Source of the DNA: Octopus sinensis
Lineage: Eukaryota
Length of the DNA: 64,000 bases
Assembly: GCF_006345805.1 (NCBI RefSeq)
Contig: NC_042998.1
Span: forward strand, 52,762,001 to 52,826,000
Reading direction: 5' to 3'
A model generated the notes under the pieces. That model did no database searches. It had not been told where the DNA came from and saw nothing but the letters and a program-made list of their open reading frames with translations. How positions within the stretch are numbered: position 1 is the stretch's first letter; each line of letters opens with the position of its first letter. A program made the translations under genes and the position numbers. Positions 11,601-22,973 of this stretch are shown here, piece by piece.

Positions 11601-14578
11601 TGGAGGAGAAGTTTCAGGTGTGGAAACAAGGATTAGAATCGAAGGGCCTCAGAGTCAATCTAGCTAAAACCAAAGTCGTAATCAGTAGGAAGGTAGACAA
11701 ATCACAAACACCTTCAGGTAGATGGCCCTGCTCGATCTGTAGAAAAGGTGTAGGTAGAAACTCTATAAGATGCACCAAGTGTAAGCTATGGACACATAAG
11801 AGATGCAGCAATGTCAAAGGAAGGCTAACTAGGAAGATGGTTTTTGTATGTGGCAGATGCTCAGGAACAATAAACACTGAAAATGCTCTGAGACCAACTT
11901 CCGTCACTTTCCAGGGAGAAAAACTAGAAATAGTTGATAGTTTCCGTTACCTAGGTGACCAAGTCAGCAGCGGGGGTGGGTGTGCTGAAAGTGTAACTGC
12001 TAGAGTAAGAATAGCTTGGGCAAAGTTCAGAGAGCTCTTACCTCTGCTGGTGACAAAAGGCCTCTCGCACAGAGTGAAAGGCAGACTGTATGATGCGTGT
12101 GTATGAACAGCCATGCTACATGGCAGTGAAACATGGGCCGTGACTGCTGAGGATATGCGTAAGCTCGCTAGAAATGAAGCCAGTATGCTCCGATGGATGT
12201 GTAATGCTGGTACTCACACTCGGCAGAGTGTAAGTACCTTGAGAGAAAAGCTGGACCTAAGAAGCATCAGTTGTGGTGTGCAAGAGAGACGTTTGCGCTG
12301 GTATGGTCATGTGGCGAGAATGGATGAAGATAGTTGTGTGAAAAAGTGCCACACCCTAGCGGTTGAGGGAACCTGTGGAAGAGGCAGACCCAGGAAAACC
12401 TGGGACGAGGTGGTGAAGCACGACCTTCGAACTTTAGGTCTCACTGAGGAAATGACTAGAGACCGAGACCTCTGGAAGTGTGCTGTGCGCGAGAAGACCC
12501 GGCAGGACAAGTGAGTCCACAACCCGTGGCCTTCTACATGGGATGGAGCCAGCCTACGTATGCATACCTTCCCTTCTTGGGACACAAAACTCTACTTGTG
12601 AAGACGTGTTGAGGCAAGTGAGGATCAGAATCGAAATCGATCAATGGAAATTGCGGATGTGCTACCAGTGCCGGTGGCATGTCGAAACTCTGCTTGTGAA
12701 GACCCATTGAGGCAAGTGAGGATCAGAATCGAAATCGATCAATGGAAATCGATCAATGGAAATTGCAGATGTGTTACCAGTGCAGGTGGCATGTAAGAGA
12801 ACTTTCCGTTTCGCGACCGTTGCCAGCACCGCCCCGTTTCGTGTCCGTTGCCAGCCTTGCCTGGCCCTCGTGCCGGTGGCACATAAAAAGCACCATCCGT
12901 TCGTGGCCGTTTGCCAGCTCTGTCTGGCACCAGTGCGGGTGGCACGTAAAAAGCACCCACTACACTCACGGAGTGGTTGGCGTTAGGAAGGGCATCCAGC
13001 CGTAGAAACACTGCCAGATTTGACTGGGCCTGATGAAGCCTTCTGGCTTCACAGACCCCAGTAGAACCGTCCAACCCATGCTAGCATGGAAAACGGACGC
13101 TAAATGATGATGATGATGATGATGATGATGATAACCAGTCAAGTATAACCAACTGAAATTGCAAAGATAATCTAGAACTCGACTGAGGAAAGAAAATTCT
13201 GAATGACCCATCCTTGTTTTCTTTGTATCACCTGCCTGGATGTTTTACGTTCTTGACCCATTTTGTATTTTTTATATATAAAAATATAGTGGCGTACATA
13301 CACTTTGGTCTCTTATATGTAAGTATATATCGAAATCAATCAATGGAAATTGCAGATGTGTTACCAGTGCCGGTGGCATGTCGAAACTCTACTTGTGAAG
13401 ACCTGTTGAGGCAAGTGAGGATCAGAATGGAAATCGATCAATGGAAATTGCAGATGTGTTACCAGTGCCGGTGGCATGTAAGAGAACCTTCCGTTTCGCG
13501 ACCGTTGCCAGCACCGCCCCATTTCGTGTCCGTTGCCAGCCTTGCCTGGCCCTTGTGCCGGTGGCACATAAAAAGCACCATCCGTTCGTGGCCGTTTGCC
13601 AGCTCTGTCTGGCACCTGTGCGGGTGGCACGTAAAAAGCACCCACTACACTCACGGAGTGGTTGGCGTTAGGAAGGGCATCCAGCCGTAGAAACACTGCC
13701 AGATTTGACTGGGCCTGATGAAGCCTTCTGGCTTCACAGACCCCAGTAGAACCGTCCAACCCATGCTAGCATGGAAAACGGACGCTAAACGACGATGATG
13801 ATGATGATGATCTAAATCTTGTACAACTTTATTATTCTTTGTATTCTTTCATTCTTTCCTTCTTTCTATCAGCCCCTTCACACTTACCTCATTCATTCCA
13901 CTCTTTGTTCTTTTGTTCCCCCTCTCTCACATTTCCTGGCCTTGCCTTCATTCTCACCTTCCCTCCTCTTTCACTTCACTCTGTTCCGTTCATTTTTTCT
14001 TACCCCTCCTTAATTCTCCTATCCCGCTGTCTCTCCCTCTCTCTCTTCTCTCCCCATGTGACTGGTGTTCTGCCTAGCCTGATCTTTCTTTCTTGGTTTG
14101 ACCACCATCCGTGCAACATCTATATTCCTCCCTGTGCCGGTCAAATCTTATTTCCCTACTGTAAGGCTTTACTTCCACACATGCCAGCTTAATTTAATTC
14201 ATCCCTAGTTGAAAGACACCCGTTGTTAATATCCTGTTATTTGTATTTGTGTAACCTTCTCCATTTTTTCCGTCCTTGTTTTCATATACATTCACTGCTT
14301 TCTTCCAAGGAATCTAATGCTCTTAGCTTAGTTTTTCCTTGGGGCTGGCCAGATTGGAGCAATCTCACATATAACCAGCCAAAATTGCTAAGATAATCTG
14401 GAACTCAACTGAAGAAAGAAAACTCCAAATGACTTGTCCTTGTTTTCTTTGTATCGTCTGTCTGGATGTTTTGTTGTCCCCTTTTTTGTATCACCTAACT
14501 ATTTGGATGTTTTTTGTTCTTGTCCCCCATTTTTGTATTATATATATATAATGTAACATTGTCAGTAATGTAACATTG

Positions 14579-14638
<60 letters not shown>

Positions 14639-17600
14639 TATATATGTGTGTGTGTGTGTGTTAGTAATGTAACATTGTATATATGTATATAGAGTTAGCT
14701 GTTTTGGTAACTGACTAAGGGACAAAATATCTGTATATACTATCAGTATCCGTTATCTGTGTTATCCCTAGGCAATTGTGTGCAGGGACACCATATACAT
14801 TGAGTGTAGGTGACAAGAGGATAAACAAAAGTTTATCAGGAGCCAATGCAAGTAATTAGAAAAGGGAGAAAGACATAGATTAGCCAGTACATCGATTGGA
14901 TCACATTTAAAGCTTGTTTATTGATGCAAAGCAAGACATAACAAAGCTAACAGCTGTTTCTGATCAGATTCACAGAATGCAGTTTATACATAAATGTGAG
15001 AATAAAATTCTTTATCTTCATAGGGTGTTCGAATTAAGGCAACCGATCTTCATCAGAGTGAAAAACAAGAGCATACAATATAAACAAAAGGAAGAAGGAA
15101 GAGGTAAGAAAACAAGGTTTAGGCAAATGGTCTAAAAGCCTAATATGTTAAGTGCAGATAATTATTTAACATCCAAGCTCAAAGAACGTAGATGAGGATA
15201 TGAGCTATTAAGGGTCAGGGAATACTACAAGTTATTAATTGGAGGGTGCAATTAGGAGGGGTGGGGTCAGGGTGTTAAAGAAGGAAGTTATCCAGAAGAT
15301 CTATGTAAATAAGATACTAACGTAATTCTCAAAGGTTAAACCTATGTTAATGGAGTAACTTAAGTAAAGTTAAACAATCAACGTATGTTACTAAAATAAT
15401 TTACTCACAGGAAGTTAATACCAAGAATCCCCACCTATGGTACACAATGGAATAAATCTAACAATATGGTTTGTTTTATAGATAAACAAGAAAAGAAGGG
15501 AAGTACTAACTTACATGTATGTGTGTGTGTGTGTGTGTGTGTGTATAATTATGAGATATTTGTGCACATGTATGTTTTTCCTTCCTTTCTTTTTCTTGTT
15601 TATCTTTAAACAAACCCTTTGTAACGGTTTTAACTTGGGAATTCTTTTAAATTGTAAATGACCAATGTAGAGACAGCTGGACTTAGACTTACTCCATTGC
15701 ATACCATAGGCGGGATTCTTGGTATTAATTTCCTGTGAGTAATTTTTTTATTTAGTAACCTACGTTAATTGTTTAACTTTACTTAAGTTTACTCCGTTAA
15801 CATAGGTTTGACCTTTGAGAATTATGTTAGTATCTTATTTACATAGATCCTCTGGATAACTTCTTTCTTTAACACCATAACCCACCCCTCCTAATTGCAC
15901 CCTCCTGTTAATAACTTGTAGTATTCCCTAGTCTTTTAATAGCTCATTCTCTCATCTACGTTTTTTGAGCTCACATGGTAAATAACCATGTGCACTTAAC
16001 ATATTGGGCTTTTAGACTATTTGTTTAAGCCATGTTTTGTTACCTCTTCCTTCTTCCTTTTGTTTATATTGTATGCTCTTGTTTTTCACTCTGATGAAGA
16101 TTGGTTGCCTTAATTCAAATGCACTATGAAGATGAAGTCTATACATTTATGTATAGACTGCATTCTGGGGAACTGATCAGAAACAGCTGTTAGCTTTGTT
16201 ATGTCTTGTTTTGCATCAATAAATAAGTTTAAAATGTGGTCTAATCGATGTGCTGGTTAATCTATATTTTTCTCCATTTCCTAATTATATATAATATTGT
16301 TGACAGGGCTATTAGACAAAAGAAACAGGCTTGGAAGGCCTGGAAGAACGGTGGTAGCAGGGAAGTGTATCAGTCTGCCAGAAGGGAAGCCAGGAGACAG
16401 GTCTATCTAGCCAGAGGGGAGGCAGATAAGGAAAAATTTGCCAATGTCCTGCGTCGTGAGGATGAAAGACTTGAGGTATTTCGTGTTGCAAGACAGTGTG
16501 TGAGAGAGAATCGTGACGTGGTAGGAGAGAAATGTGTTCGCATGGAGGATGGTTCACTTGCGTTAAATGAGGATGCAAAGAGAGAAGCTTGGAGACGCCA
16601 CTATGAAGGTTGCTGAATGAGGAAAATGAATGGGATAAAGAGAGTCTGCCGAATGTCGACCCAACAGAGGGACCAGCAATCCGAGTTAACAGTTCCTTAG
16701 TAGATAAGGCAATCAGAAGCATGAAAACAGGGAAAGCCCCAGGCCCATCAGGAATTACTGCAGAGATGCTCAAAATATCTGGTGGTGTCGGCTATAGCTT
16801 AGTCACCCGTATAGTTAACCAGGTGATACACGAGGGGGTCATACCCAATGACTGGTGTAGCAGCATAATAGTCAACTGCTACAAAGGTAAAGGCGACGCC
16901 CTAGAGACAAATAACTACAGGGGCATCAAGCTGCTGGATCAGGTAATGAAGGTTACGGAGAGGGTTGTAGCCCAACTAATTAGAGAGAGAGTTACCTTAG
17001 ATGATATGCAGTTTGGGTTCGTGCCAGGGAAAAGTACTACTGATGCTATATTCCTGGTAAGACAGCTGCAGGAGAAATACCTAGCCAAAGATAAGCCCTT
17101 GTACCTGGCTTTTGTTGACTTGGAGAAAGCCTTTGACAGGGTCCCCCGGTCCCTTATCTGGTGGTCAATGAGGAAACTAGGGATAGAAGAATGGTTGGTG
17201 AGAGCTGTGCAAGCCATGTACAGAGACGCTGCTAGTAAGGTGAGGGTTGGCAACGAGTACAGTGAAGAATTCCGGGTAGAGGTTGGGGTCCACCAAGGTT
17301 CAGTCCTCAGTCCCCTCCTATTTATCATAGTCCTCCAGGCAATAACGGAGGAATTCAAGACAGGTTGCCCCTGGGAGCTCCTCTATGCTGATGACCTTGC
17401 TCTAATTGCTGAGTCACTATCAGAACTGGAGGAGAAGTTTCAGGTGTGGAAACAAGGATTAGAATCGAAGGGCCTTAGAATCAACCTAGCCAAAACCAAA
17501 GTTCTAATAAGTAGGAAGGTAAATCAATCACAAACGCCTTCAGGTAGATGGCCCTGCTCGATCTGTAAAAAGGTGTAGGTAGAAACTCTATAAGATGCAC

Positions 17601-20600
17601 CAAGTGTAAGCTATGGACACATAAGAGGTGCAGCAATGTCAAAGGAAGGCTAACTAGGAAAATAGTTTTTGTCTGTGGCAAATGCTCAGGAGCAATAAAC
17701 ACTGGAAATATGCAGAGACCAACTTCTGCCACGTTCCAGGGAGACAAACTAGAAGTAGTTGATAGCTTCCGCTACCTAGGAGACCAAGTCAGTAGCGGGG
17801 GTGGGTGTGCTGAAAGTGTAACTGCTAGAGTAAGAATAGCCTGGGCAAAGTTTAGAGAGCTCTTACCCCTGCTGGTGACAAAAGGCCTCTCGCTCAGAGT
17901 AAAAGGCAGACTGTATGATGCATGTGTACGTACAGCCATGCTACATGGTAGTGAAACATGGGCCGTGACTGCTGAGGATATGCGTAAGCTCGCAAGAAAT
18001 GAAGCCAGTATGCTCCGATGGATGTGTAATGTCAGTGTTCATAATCGTCAGAGTGTAAGTTCCTTGAGAGAAAAGTTGAACCTAAGAAGCGTCAGTTGTG
18101 GCGTGCAAGAGAGACGGCTGCGCTGGTATGGTCATGTGACAAGAAAGGCTGAAGATAGTTGTGTGCAAAAGTGCTACACCCTAGCAGTGGAGGGAACCTG
18201 TGGAAGAGGTAGACCCAGGAAAACTGGGACGAGGTGGTGAAGCATGACCTTCGAACTTTAGGTCTCACTAAGGAAATGTCTAGAGACCGAGACCTATGGA
18301 AGTATGCTGTGCATGAGAAGACCCGGCAAGACTAGTCAGGCCATAACCCGTGGCCCCGACGGGGACGTAGTCAGTCCTGTGCATACCTTCCTTCTTGTGA
18401 CACTTATGAAGACCTGTTGAGGCAAGTGAAAATCAAATCAAATCAAAACAAATCAAAATAGATGAACATCAGTGGAATTGTATTCTTTGTGGTACCAGTG
18501 CCGGTGGCACACAAGAAAACCACCCAAACGTGGCCGTAACCAGTACCGCATCGACTGGCCTCCGTGCTGTGGGCACAACACACACCATCCGATCGTGGCC
18601 GTTCGCCAGCCTCATCTGGCACCTGTGCCGGTGGCACATAAAGACACCATCCGAAGACCCGGCGACGTAGTCAGTCCACCTGTGCATACCTTCCCTCTTA
18701 TGACACTTGTGAAGACCTGTTGAGGCAAGTGTGTGACACTTGTGAAGACCTGTTGAGGCAGAGGCAAGTGTGTGACACTTGTGGAGACCTGTTGAGGCAA
18801 GTGTGTGACCCTTGTGAAGACCTGTTGAGGCAAGTGAAAATCAAAATCAAACCAAATCAAAATAGATGAATATCAATGGAATTTGTATCTTTGTGGTTCC
18901 AGTACCGGTGGCACACAAGAAACCATCCGAACGTGGCCGTCGACTGGCCTCCATGCTGTGGGCACAACAAACACCATCTGATCGTGGCCGTTCGCCAGCC
19001 TCACCTGGCACCTGTGTCGGTGGCACATAAAAACACCATCCAAAGACCCGGCGACGTAGTCAGTCCACCTGTGCATACCTTCCTCTTATGACACTTGTGA
19101 AGACCTGTTGAGGCAGAGGCAAGTGTGTGACACTTTGTGAAGACCTGTTGAGGCAGAGGCAAGTGTGTCACACTTGTGGAGACCTGTTGAGGCAAGTGTG
19201 TGACACGCGTGACACTTGTGAAGACCTGTTGAGGCAAGTGAAATCAAACCAAATCAAAATAGATGAACATCAATGGAATTTGTATCTTTGTGGTTCCAGT
19301 ACCGGTGGCACACAAGAAAACCATCCGATCGTGGCCGTTCGCCAGCCACATCTGGCACCTGTGTCGGTGGCACATAAAGACACCATCCGAAGACCCGGCG
19401 AAGTAGACAGTCCACCTATGCATACCTTCCTTCTTGTGACACTTGTGAAGACCTGTTGAGGCAAGTGAAAATCAAATCAAATCAAATCAAATCAAAACAA
19501 ATCAAAATAGATGAACATAAATGGAATTTGTATCTTTGTGGTACCAGTGCCGGTGGCACACAAGAAAATCATCCGAACGTGGCCGTAGCCAGTACCGCAT
19601 AGACTGGCCTCCGTGCTTTGGGGACGTAACAAACACCATCCGATCGTGGCCGTCCGCCAGCCTCATCTGGCACCTGTGTCGGTGGCACATAAAAACACCA
19701 TCCGAGCGTTGCCGTCTGCCAGCCTCGTCTGGCACCTGTGTCGGTGGCACATAAAAACACCGTCCGAGCGTGGCCGTTCACCAGCCTCGTCTGGCACCTG
19801 TGTCGGTGGCACATAAAATCACCCACTACACTCTCGGAGTGGTTGGCGTTAGGAAGGGCATCCAGCTGTAGAAACACTGCCAGATCTGACTGGCCTGGTG
19901 CAGCCTTCGGGCTCCCCAGACCCCAGTTGAACCGTCCAACCCATGCTAGCATGGAAAGCGGACGCTAAATGATGATGATGATGATGATGATGATATATAC
20001 GGTATTCAAAATATGTTCAGTATAATGCTGTTTAATTAAAGTAAAGATGTGAAAAAGAGGAACTTATTGCTTACAATGCAAAATTTAAACATGCATTCAT
20101 AGAATTTTTTGAAAACAACAATTGCACAGCCTCTAGAAATTTGGTTTTGTTAAGAGTAATATTATGTTACAGAAAAATACCAAAACTCAACTGTAGAAAA
20201 TGTCAAACAACAAACAATACCTAAGGAAAAAGTAGGTTCATTATCCAGAACTGGAAAAAAAATTTGGTTGAATAAGCGAGAGACCAGAGATGTTATGGAT
20301 ATATAGTAATAAAATTCTATGGAAAGTTACAACAAATGAAAATGTCAAAAGACAGGAAATATGGACTTGGTTGATATTCGAAATGGCTTATGCTAGGGAT
20401 TATTCAGAGGGCATGCTTTATGTCAGAAAACAAAATAATTTGCAAAAGCATTCCTATGGTTCAGATGATGAGATTGTTCTGTTTCATAGCTTTAAAATAA
20501 AACTGGAAAAACAGCATGATTCTGAACTGAGCTATGTACAAGCAGGCAAACATACATGTACACAAATATCTCATAATTATACACACATATATGTAAGTTA

Positions 20601-22938
20601 GTACTTTTACTATCAGGCTACTGAAGATTATCATCCAATTCACTTCAGGACTTAGACCGTTCCAACAGCAAGTTGTTATCTACAAGTTGATACTCGACAT
20701 CTTCAAATGTTGTCCAACATCAGCACTGCTCCATCAGCACTTGATGTTTGGCAGGCTTCCTTTCATGAGACTCCTCCAGTTGTTCTTTCCAGTACATGGT
20801 CGTATCTCACATAATCACCTGCCTAGTGAAAGCTGTGAAGATAATCAATGTCTGAGCAGAGTGCTGTTTACATGATGTACTATGAGAACTTTAAGTGTTT
20901 GACAAGATCGATTCTCAGCTGTTAGAGTGGGGCTTTGGAAATCAGGCAGGCTCATTGATATTTCAGTGGAAAAAGGGTTCTCTCTGACTTTGAGAAAAGT
21001 GATGGTTTCCTTCTGAATGTAGCATTTTGAAGACTGAATGGCTATTGTGGTCACCACTACAACTGCCTTGAGTAGTTGTCATATCACCAGTAGAAACAGC
21101 CATTGGTTAAGGCTCTGAGACAACTGCTGAGGGGATGTTGATGGGACCATCTGTCAGTACAGAAGGGACAACAAAGTGCTTAAATCTTGTTCATGTGTAA
21201 AGGTCTGATGAGTTTGGTAAGGTGTTGCAGACAGTCTGAATCAGGGATTTGATGTGATAGATATCAGCTCAGTAGAACTGATACCACTCAGTATGTTGAC
21301 TTAACATGTCTTAGGCACTTCCTTTATTGAGTCCTGCCAACCAACTAGCTCATGCTTTCTTAACATCTGCATACATTTCTCCTTGGAAGAGATTTTATCC
21401 ACCTTTTTTCTTTGGTGTTATCAATTGAAGCAGGTTGGAAAGTAACCCAAGCCTCAACACCCTCTCACCACTCTGCTACCTGTAACTCTCTAAAAGCACT
21501 CCATTTACTACCTGTTTGATCTTCAATGCCAGCTGCAGCCTCTATACAACATGGTTTCTCTTGTTCATGTCACTCATCTGTAAAACTGTTGAAGGGGTGT
21601 TGTAGGGTGTTGGTGGATATATACTATCTCTCTCTCTTATCTCTGTCCCTCTTCATATATATCACATACCCTATCATATATACACGCACACACATATATA
21701 AGCATGCATGTATATATAAACTTATATATGTGTGCTTATACATGGTCTGATCAATAAGTATCCAATCTGTTGCTATAATAATGAAGCTAAAGCACGGAGA
21801 GTAAAGCTGCTTGGCACAGATTGAACTATCATGTGAAATCATGACATGGGTGCACACACACACACATGTTTATATATACTCTTTTACTTGTTTCAGTTAT
21901 TTGACTGTGGCCATGCTGGAGCACCACCTTTAGTCGAGAAAATCGACCCCAGGACTTATTCTTTGTAAGCCCAGTACTTATTCTATCGGTCTCTTTTGCC
22001 GAACTACAAAGTTATGGGGACATAAACACACAAGCATCGGTTGTCAGGTGATGTTGGAGGGACAAACGCAGACACACACGCAAACATATACACACACATA
22101 CATATATACATTCATATATACGACCGGCTTCTTTCAGTTTCCATTTACCAAATCCACTCACAAAGCTTTGGTCGGCCCAATATAATCCCCTCTCAGATTC
22201 ACACACTTATTGCAGTGGTTACTCAATTTTTCTGAGCCCTATAAAAGAACTCAGAAGTCTGGGCCTCAAGTCAGACCTTTCTCAATACCCTTAAAGCCAG
22301 GAACTTTTCAGCCACCACCTCATATATAAACACATAAATACACACTAAGAAACACAACACCTGTATTTGATATTACACACCATATTTCTGACACCAATTT
22401 AATATGGAACAATAATCAGCAAACACGCTGATAGGACTTGAACATCATTATGGTTTTCCAGTCTCTTCTCTGTTAGATTAGATATCAATGTTTGTCAGCT
22501 TCTAATTAAACATTTTATCTCCACTACACGCATCACTCACCCGGCACTGTACACAGTATGGCTTCTTCTACTAACGTCTAAGATAAGCTAGAACATTGAA
22601 TTAAATGGATTTACTGCTTTATTCTAATTCACAAAATGTATGATTAGTGATGACCTAGTGTATGCATTATAAACTATCATATTCATTTGATTGGTAAGAA
22701 AAAGATATCACACACATACAAATACACATACACACACACACACACACATACACACACACACAAACACACACAAACTGAAACATTTTAGATACGCAACAAT
22801 ATATGAATAGTTTTGCATATGATAATGTGCGAAAATCATTTTTGAAATATTGGTTAAGTGTTTGTTTCTGTCATCTAATACTGAGGAAGAAAAGGAATGA
22901 ATTAACTTCTGCTTTTATTTTGCATATTTTTATATATA

Positions 22939-22973
<35 letters not shown>

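Larger units (their letters stand above)
8618..13132 (+). mobile_element. Near-full-length RTE-clade LINE (copy 1)
   Basis: C/CpG-rich 5' region, APE + RT coding region, tandem-repeat 3'UTR, terminal stem-loop and (TGA)n tail at 13104-13132. Tentative TSD ataatcagccaa (8606) / ataaccagtcaa (13131), 10/12 match. The 5' boundary is uncertain. Confidence 0.9.

Noticed and set aside
9372-11907. Minus-strand ORFs inside the LINEs (e.g. 10106..10465, 11089..11532, 16939..17358)
   Set aside because: Antisense shadows of the RT/APE frame; no independent motifs.
13030-13066. CTGATGA as a hammerhead core in the RTE tail
   Set aside because: No GAAA after stem II; the motif is part of a simple stem-loop and is absent (CTGGTGC) in copy 2.
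18317-19815. CRISPR-like regular repeats
   Set aside because: Intervening segments are themselves repeated rather than unique spacers; the array lies in a LINE 3'UTR in a eukaryote; no cas genes.
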